The notes under the pieces are model-generated. The model was not told where the DNA came from. It worked only from the letters and a program-made list of their open reading frames with translations, and did no database searches. The position numbers were made by a program, and so were the translations under genes. DNA of 64,000 nucleotides from a bacterium (GTDB taxonomy: Bacteria > UBA8248): NCBI GenBank assembly GCA_963692865.2, contig OY843592.1:3456001-3520000 (forward strand), in the 5' to 3' direction. Positions 58,197 to 64,000 of the stretch are shown here, piece after piece. Numbering within the stretch: position 1 is the stretch's first letter; every line of letters starts with the position of its first letter.

Positions 58197-58913
58197 TCAG
58201 TTCGTTTCCCTCGGCCCGAAAATGGCCGTGCCGATGCGGACGAGCGTCGCTCCCTCGGCTATCGCGACTTCGAAGTCGTTCGACATGCCCATCGACAACT
58301 CCCGGACATGGGTGAGACCGGCGTCTTGCGCCTCATCCCTCAGTTTTCTCAACAACTCGAAGTGGGGGCGGCTCTCCTCCGCCTCCCGCCCCAGGGGAGG
58401 GATGCACATCAAGCCGACCACCCGCAAGGCTTCCAGACCGGAGGCCTCCCGCACGAACGCCGTCGCATCCGCCGGAGCAACCCCTCCCTTCTGGGCTTCT
58501 TCCCCGGTATTGACCTGAACGAACACTTCGAGGGGGTCTCCCCCCGCGCCCGCCACGCGCTTGTCCAGCTCCCGCGCGAGAGCGAGAGAATCGAGCGATT
58601 CCACCACGTCGAACAGTCCGGGCACGGCGCGGGCCTTGTTGCGTTGTAAGCTGCCGATGAGATGCCACATCGCCCTGCCCGCGACTTGCAAGTCAATCCC
58701 GCCCCGCTTGCGCTGGGCTTCCTGCACCCGGTTCTCCCCGATGATGTCGACGCCCGCCTCGATGGCTTCGACGACGCGCTCGGGTGGCTGGGTCTTGCTC
58801 ACGGCCAGAACGCGGATTTCATCCGGGTTCCGGCCGCAGGCCAGAGCGGCGTCCGCCACGCGCCCCTTCACCATCTCGTATCGCCGCCCAATCCCGCTCA
58901 CCGTCTTCCTCAT
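58197..58913 (-). CDS. yggS: PLP-binding protein YggS
   Basis: 'AVSKT', 'GENRVQE', 'WHLIGSLQRNK', 'LSMGMSNDF...VRIGTAIFG'. Confidence 0.92.
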   Translation of the reverse strand: MRKTVSGIGRRYEMVKGRVADAALACGRNPDEIRVLAVSKTQPPERVVEAIEAGVDIIGENRVQEAQRKRGGIDLQVAGRAMWHLIGSLQRNKARAVPGLFDVVESLDSLALARELDKRVAGAGGDPLEVFVQVNTGEEAQKGGVAPADATAFVREASGLEALRVVGLMCIPPLGREAEESRPHFELLRKLRDEAQDAGLTHVRELSMGMSNDFEVAIAEGATLVRIGTAIFGPRETN

Positions 58914-59707
58914 CCTCGTATCCAGATGACCGACAACAGTCTCCCCGTGGGCGTCCCGTCGCGGCGGTAGGAGAAAAATCTCGATGACTCGGAGAACGTG
59001 CAAGGCCCCGGCGCGCCTATGCGGCTCTCGGGAATCCCCGCCGAAGCCAACTGAAACCTCGCGGCCAGGGGAAGATTCAGCAGCCACTTGCCCCTTCCCG
59101 AGGGCGCGGCGAAATCTCTCCAGTTCGAGTGCCGTTCGCGAAAAGGCGGCAGGCACTCCTCGCCCACCTCGTAGCGCTCCCCGGAAATGGCGGGGCCCAG
59201 GGCGGCCCGCATGTCCCGGGGGTCGCAGCCGTACTCCTCCCGCATCCGCTCTATCGTCGCGGGCAAAACGCCGCAGGCCACGCCCTTGCGTCCCGCGTGA
59301 ACGGCGGCGACGGCCTCCTTGCGGGCGTCGGCGATGAGCACGGGAATGCAATCCGCCGTCTGAACCGCCACGCCCAGGCCCTTGGCGTTTGTAATCAGAG
59401 CGTCGCCGCACGCCCTCTCACCGGGGGAGATACGCTCGGCGGGGAGAACGCCGCACCCGTGCACCTGTTTTGCTTCCACCAGGCGGCCCGACGGAAAATC
59501 GGCGGCTTCAAAAAAACGCCTTCTGTTTTCCGCCACGTTTTCGGGAGCCTCGCCCCCGGCGCGTCCGAGGTTCAGGGAACCGAATCGGCCCTCGCTCACA
59601 CCGCCCCTGCGGGTGCTGAACCCGTGACGCAAGAAACCGAGTTCTTCCAGCAGGGATGACCCGAGAAACTCAACGCCGCCGGATTCGCGGCGCTCCAAAG
59701 AATTCAT
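58910..59707 (-). CDS. pgeF: Peptidoglycan editing factor / purine nucleoside phosphorylase PgeF (YfiH)
   Basis: 'HGFSTRRGGVS', 'QVHG', 'TADCIPV', 'HAG', 'FFSYRR'. Confidence 0.92.
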   Translation of the reverse strand: MNSLERRESGGVEFLGSSLLEELGFLRHGFSTRRGGVSEGRFGSLNLGRAGGEAPENVAENRRRFFEAADFPSGRLVEAKQVHGCGVLPAERISPGERACGDALITNAKGLGVAVQTADCIPVLIADARKEAVAAVHAGRKGVACGVLPATIERMREEYGCDPRDMRAALGPAISGERYEVGEECLPPFRERHSNWRDFAAPSGRGKWLLNLPLAARFQLASAGIPESRIGAPGPCTFSESSRFFSYRRDGTPTGRLLSVIWIRG

Positions 59708-59923
59708 CCGCAATCCATCCCGGACGACGAGAAATCATCGAACACCTCTGAACAAACCCCTTGCCAGGCTTCATTATAATGAGAGGTTCGCGCCGCCACA
59801 AGAAACAGGCCCATGCCGTCGAGAGAGGCGGGGCTGGGGGAGAATGCTCTCCCCCAGGCGCGTCTATGGGGAATGCGTCGTCAGGCGCGAGAGAGGCCCC
59901 CTCGTCCAAACGACGTTGGGGGG

Positions 59924-61072
59924 TTAGTCAACCTGCTTACGCAGGAAGGTAGGCACGTCCAGATCGTCGTCCTCCAGGTTGTCCGCGACGCCGGATTGCG
60001 TCTTGTTGCTTTTCAGGCGGATATAAGCCGGAACCGAGATTTTCCCGCCCTCGGTGCCCGTGGCTTCCGATTCCAGGGGGGGGACCTCGCGGACCGACTC
60101 CCGCCCGAAGCCCGTCGCGATGACGGTCACGCGAATCTGGTCGTCCATGTTCGCGTCGATCACCGAGCCGAAAATGATGTTGGCGTCCTGGTGCGCTTTT
60201 TCATGAACGAGTTTGCAGGCTTCGTTCACCTCGAACAGCGAAAGGTCCCTTCCGCCGGTGATGTTGATGAGTACGCCTCGGGAACCCTCGATGGTCCCCT
60301 CTTCGAGCAGCGGACTGTTGATGGCGTTCTGCGCGGCGATGACGGCGCGGTTCTCACCCTGGCCCATGCCGCTGCCCATGAGCGCCTTGCCGCCCATGTC
60401 GCGCATGATGGCGCGCACGTCGGCGAAATCGAGATTGATCAGACCGGGTGTGGTGATGAGGTCGGCGATTCCCTTGCACGCCTGCAACAAGACGTTGTTC
60501 GCCTTCTGGAAAGCCTCCATCATCGGCGTGGAGCGCTCGACCATTCCCAGGAGGCGCTGGTTGGGGATGGTGATGAGCGTGTTCACGGCGTCGCGCAACT
60601 CCTCGATCCCCTCGTCGGCCTGGCTCATCCGGCGCGGACCCTCGAAATCGAACGGCTTGGTGACGACGCCCACCGTCAGCACGCCCGCCTCCTTCGCGAT
60701 GCGCGCGATGACGGGAGCGGCGCCCGTGCCCGTGCCGCCGCCCATCCCGGCGGTGACGAACACCATCTCCAGGTTCTGCATGAACTCGGAGAGACGCTCG
60801 GTGTCCTCCAGGGCGGCTTTCCTGCCGACATCGGGATTTCCGCCGGCCCCCAGCCCGTGCGTCAACTCCTGGCCGAGCTGGATTTTTTCGGACGCGAGAG
60901 AGCGATCCAGAACCTGGGCGTCCGTGTTGGCGGCCACGAACTGAACACCCTCCATGCCCGCTGAAATCATGGTGTTGACGGCGTTGCCTCCGCCACCTCC
61001 TACGCCGACGACCGCGATTCTCGCGCTGCACGGCGTTTCCTGCTCCAATGTGAAAAACGTCGAATCACTCAT
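59924..61072 (-). CDS. ftsZ: Cell division protein FtsZ
   Basis: [28 protein letters not shown]-terminal DVPTFLRK. Confidence 0.98.
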   Translation of the reverse strand: MSDSTFFTLEQETPCSARIAVVGVGGGGGNAVNTMISAGMEGVQFVAANTDAQVLDRSLASEKIQLGQELTHGLGAGGNPDVGRKAALEDTERLSEFMQNLEMVFVTAGMGGGTGTGAAPVIARIAKEAGVLTVGVVTKPFDFEGPRRMSQADEGIEELRDAVNTLITIPNQRLLGMVERSTPMMEAFQKANNVLLQACKGIADLITTPGLINLDFADVRAIMRDMGGKALMGSGMGQGENRAVIAAQNAINSPLLEEGTIEGSRGVLINITGGRDLSLFEVNEACKLVHEKAHQDANIIFGSVIDANMDDQIRVTVIATGFGRESVREVPPLESEATGTEGGKISVPAYIRLKSNKTQSGVADNLEDDDLDVPTFLRKQVD

Positions 61073-61120
61073 TCTCCCCCCCCTTCGATCCTGGGAAGCT
61101 CCTCCCGCCTCCCCTCCCGA

Positions 61121-62362
61121 TCATTTGAATACGCTAGCCAAAACATGGCGGATTTTTTCCGTTGTTTGCCGAATGGGGCCATGCGCCGCCCCGTTCGCAA
61201 TGCCGCGACGCCTCGGGGCGCCCATTTTCATGGCGTAAATCACCAGGCCCACGGCGGTGGAGTAGATGGGTCCGTTGACCATATCCACCAGCCCGCCGAT
61301 GCCGCCGGGAACGCCCAGCCTCACCGGAAGCTGGAGCACGTTCTCGGCCAGTTCATCGGCGCCTTCGATGATGCTCGCCCCGCCCGTGAGCACGACGCCG
61401 GCGGGCAGGAGATCCTCCATGCCGCTTTTCTGGATCTCGCGGCGGATGAGCGTCAATATCTCCTCCATGCGGGGCTCGATGATCTCGGCGAGCATCTGCC
61501 GGCTCAACACGCGCGGCGGGCGGCCGCCCACGCTGGGCACCTCGATCTCCTCGTCGTGCGACACCCGGGCGGCGAGGGCGCAGCCGTGCTCCTGCTTGAT
61601 TCGCTCCGCCTGGTAGTCCGGCGTCCGCAACCCTATCGCCATATCCCGCGTGATGTGGCTTCCGCCTACGGGGATGACGGCCGAATAGCGCAGCGCGCCT
61701 CCGCTGATGACGGCGACGTCCGCCGTGCCGCTGCCGATGTCGACAATAGCCACGCCCAGGTCGCGCTCGTCATCGCTCAGCGCGGCCAGCGAGGAGGCGA
61801 AAGGCTGAAGCACCAGGCGCTCGACGTTCAAGCCCGCCCTCTCGACGCTGCGGGTGATGTTCTGGATCGCGGGAATCGCGCCCGTTACGACGTGGACCTT
61901 GCACTCCAGGCGAACGCCCGCCATGCCCGCGGGTTCGGTGACGCCCTCCTGATCGTCGACGATGTATTCCTGCGGCAGCACGTGGATGATTTCGTGATCC
62001 GTCGGCATCGTGACCGCGCGCGCCTGCTCGACGACGCGATCGATATCCTCTTGCGTCACGATTTTGTTCTTGATGGCCACGATCCCGTTGGTGTTGAAGC
62101 TGCGGATGTGTCCCCCCGCCACGCCGACGTATGCGGACCGGATGGGCGAGCCGCTGATGAACTCCGCCTCTCCCACCGCCGTTTGAACCGACTCCACCGT
62201 CTGGTCGATGTTCACCACCGAGCCCCGGTTGAGACCTTTCGAGGCGGTTTTTCCCAAACCCACGATCTCCAGGGAGCCGTCTTCGTTCACCTCGGCCACG
62301 ACCACGCAGATTTTCGAGGTGCCGATGTCCAGACCCACCAGCACGTCGCCCTGTTTGTTCAT
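61121..62362 (-). CDS. ftsA: Cell division protein FtsA
   Basis: GLDIGTSK, DIGSGT, VLTGG, TAVGL. Confidence 0.97.
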   Translation of the reverse strand: MNKQGDVLVGLDIGTSKICVVVAEVNEDGSLEIVGLGKTASKGLNRGSVVNIDQTVESVQTAVGEAEFISGSPIRSAYVGVAGGHIRSFNTNGIVAIKNKIVTQEDIDRVVEQARAVTMPTDHEIIHVLPQEYIVDDQEGVTEPAGMAGVRLECKVHVVTGAIPAIQNITRSVERAGLNVERLVLQPFASSLAALSDDERDLGVAIVDIGSGTADVAVISGGALRYSAVIPVGGSHITRDMAIGLRTPDYQAERIKQEHGCALAARVSHDEEIEVPSVGGRPPRVLSRQMLAEIIEPRMEEILTLIRREIQKSGMEDLLPAGVVLTGGASIIEGADELAENVLQLPVRLGVPGGIGGLVDMVNGPIYSTAVGLVIYAMKMGAPRRRGIANGAAHGPIRQTTEKIRHVLASVFK

Positions 62363-63273
62363 CCTGTTGTCCCTCCATCCTTTGTGTGCGGCCGAACGAT
62401 AACCCTTCCGGGAAATCTCAGATCAAACCGGAGGCCGCCCGCTCCGAATTTCTTCTGGCGGAGAACGTCACCCGCAACGGCCCGGAGCCGACCGGCCTGA
62501 CTCTCCATCCTCTCTTCACTGACCACCAGTTCCATCTTTCCCTCCAGGACGCGAAGCCGGAGTTGACCCGCTCCGGTGTCCCGGACGGAAATGCACCCGC
62601 CGCGAATCCCCGGGGAATCCCGGAATAAAAAGGCCGCCTCCATGGAGCGCGCCAGGCGCGGGTCGCGCACTACGTCGCCCGGCCGCCGGCGGCGCGAGTC
62701 GAATCCCTCGATCACGGGCAGACATCCCGCAAGCGGCGCGACGGGTTTGCCGAGCACGACGCCGTCCTCATCCACCGCGAGAGACCCATCGCTCATGATG
62801 AGCGCGGCGGGTCTGCGCTCGAGAATATCGACCTCGAGAAAATGGGGCGGGCGCGTACGGACGCTCGCGCGTTTTACCCACGGATGAGAAGCCACCCGGG
62901 CGCGCACGGCCGCCAGATCGGCGTCGAACAGGTTCGTCCCAGGCTCGACCCCCACGAGTTTTCTGATGGTCTCGGCCCGAAGCGTTCGCTGTCCGGTCAC
63001 CACCACCTCGCTCAACTCGAAATGGCGGCTGCTCTTCGCCCATCGGACCGCGTGCCCGCCGAGGAGAAGCACCTCCACGAAAACCAGAAAACCGATTGCG
63101 GGCCATATCCAGTTTCCGCCACGTTTCTCCTGGTCTTCACGCCTGACTCTTTTGGGGGCGTCTCGCTTGACGCTCTTTTTGACGGTCCGGGGGAGTTCGG
63201 CCGTCCGGGCGAGATTCAGGAAAACCTCCCGGCTCCCGGCTTTCCCCCTCCACTTGAACGATAAACGCCTCAC
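62359..63273 (-). CDS. ftsQ: Cell division protein FtsQ/DivIB
   Basis: Basic N-terminus, one TM, POTRA 'PWVKRASV', 'DLRF'; GTGA overlap with murB. Confidence 0.85.
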   Translation of the reverse strand: MRRLSFKWRGKAGSREVFLNLARTAELPRTVKKSVKRDAPKRVRREDQEKRGGNWIWPAIGFLVFVEVLLLGGHAVRWAKSSRHFELSEVVVTGQRTLRAETIRKLVGVEPGTNLFDADLAAVRARVASHPWVKRASVRTRPPHFLEVDILERRPAALIMSDGSLAVDEDGVVLGKPVAPLAGCLPVIEGFDSRRRRPGDVVRDPRLARSMEAAFLFRDSPGIRGGCISVRDTGAGQLRLRVLEGKMELVVSEERMESQAGRLRAVAGDVLRQKKFGAGGLRFDLRFPGRVIVRPHTKDGGTTG

Positions 63274-64000
63274 GCCGGGTCCTCCCCGATGACGTTCAAC
63301 TCCAGCGCCAACTCGATGCCTCGCTGTTCCAGAATCGTTCTTTTCACCTCGCCGATGAGCGCCAGAACGTCCCCCGCCGTAGCCCCGCCGAGATTCACCA
63401 TGAAATTCCCGTGCGCCTCGCTCACCTGCGCGCCGCCGACGCGCATCCCCTTGAGGCCCGCCGACTCGATGAGCACGCCCGCGCGCTCGCCGGGCGGGTT
63501 CTTGAATATCGACCCGGCGCAGGGCGCCCCCCAGGGTTGACGCTCCCGCCTTTGAACGGCGCTTCGCCTCAGTTGCTCCCGCAGAGCGCCGGCGTCCGCC
63601 GGCCGGAGCGAGAAGCGAACGGACAACACCACGCCCGGCGCGGGCAACTCGGCGCGCCGGTACGAAAAACGCAAGTCCTCCGCGGGAAGCCGCTCGGGAG
63701 CGCCCCCGTCCAGAGGGACCCAGCGGACGCTCTCCACGGCGTCTTCGATATAGGATTCGGCGGTGCCCGCGTTCATGGCCAGCGCGCCTCCCACGGTGCC
63801 GGGAACTCCCGCCAGACATTCGGCTCCCGCCCAGCCGCGCTCGGCGGCGAAGCGCACCAGCGCCGGAATCTTCTCCCCCGCGCGCGCTTCGAGCAGCACG
63901 CGCTCCGCGCTCTCCTCGATCACCTCGATTCCCCTGAAGGCCTTGGGAAAAGCGACCACCACTCCACGAACGCCTCCGTCGCGCACCAGGGTGTTGGCGC
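63270..64000 (-). CDS. murB: UDP-N-acetylenolpyruvoylglucosamine reductase (5' truncated by window edge)
   Basis: 'GVPGTVGGALAMNAG', 'FSYR', 'AGSIFKNP', 'HGNF'. Confidence 0.93.
   Translation of the reverse strand, partial: ANTLVRDGGVRGVVVAFPKAFRGIEVIEESAERVLLEARAGEKIPALVRFAAERGWAGAECLAGVPGTVGGALAMNAGTAESYIEDAVESVRWVPLDGGAPERLPAEDLRFSYRRAELPAPGVVLSVRFSLRPADAGALREQLRRSAVQRRERQPWGAPCAGSIFKNPPGERAGVLIESAGLKGMRVGGAQVSEAHGNFMVNLGGATAGDVLALIGEVKRTILEQRGIELALELNVIGEDPA

Overview
The window has three parts. (1) 1-14.4 kb is a very GC-rich backbone of an ICE or conjugative element, running off the left edge. It carries a ParB-like fragment, a GHKL ATPase, DUF2958, a methyltransferase-Strawberry-notch helicase, a TOPRIM primase, ssb, DUF4326, DUF2493/SLOG and an RHH protein. 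It also has long nested hairpins resembling ssDNA promoters and a candidate oriT. (2) 14.4-37.7 kb is a largely lower-GC defence island. It contains a DUF6602 nuclease and a translationally coupled five-gene operon: CapH-like XRE, Cas4-like nuclease, long prokaryotic Argonaute (intact DEDD, non-canonical MID), a 121-aa helical protein and an HExxH gluzincin-like metallopeptidase. Next come an AbiE pair, a CapP/CapH-controlled bacterial ubiquitin-like operon (Ubl, E2, JAB-E1, DUF6527), an IS66-family element carrying DUF4338, a single-chain R-M enzyme and an ABC-ATPase/DUF4276 pair. (3) 37.9-64 kb is host chromosome: 2-oxoacid/acetoin dehydrogenase E1, a cytochrome c cluster, a CoA-transferase, an ABC transporter, tRNA-Asp, mtnA and the ylm/dcw cluster (murB-ftsQ-ftsA-ftsZ-pgeF-yggS-proC-yggT-divIVA-yggU), with many REP/MITE-like repeats. 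The best candidate for an undescribed system is the Argonaute-Cas4-protease operon. Its repressor and promoter resemble those of the neighbouring CapP/CapH-ubiquitin locus, suggesting shared DNA-damage control. All family calls come from motif recognition by eye; no searches were run.
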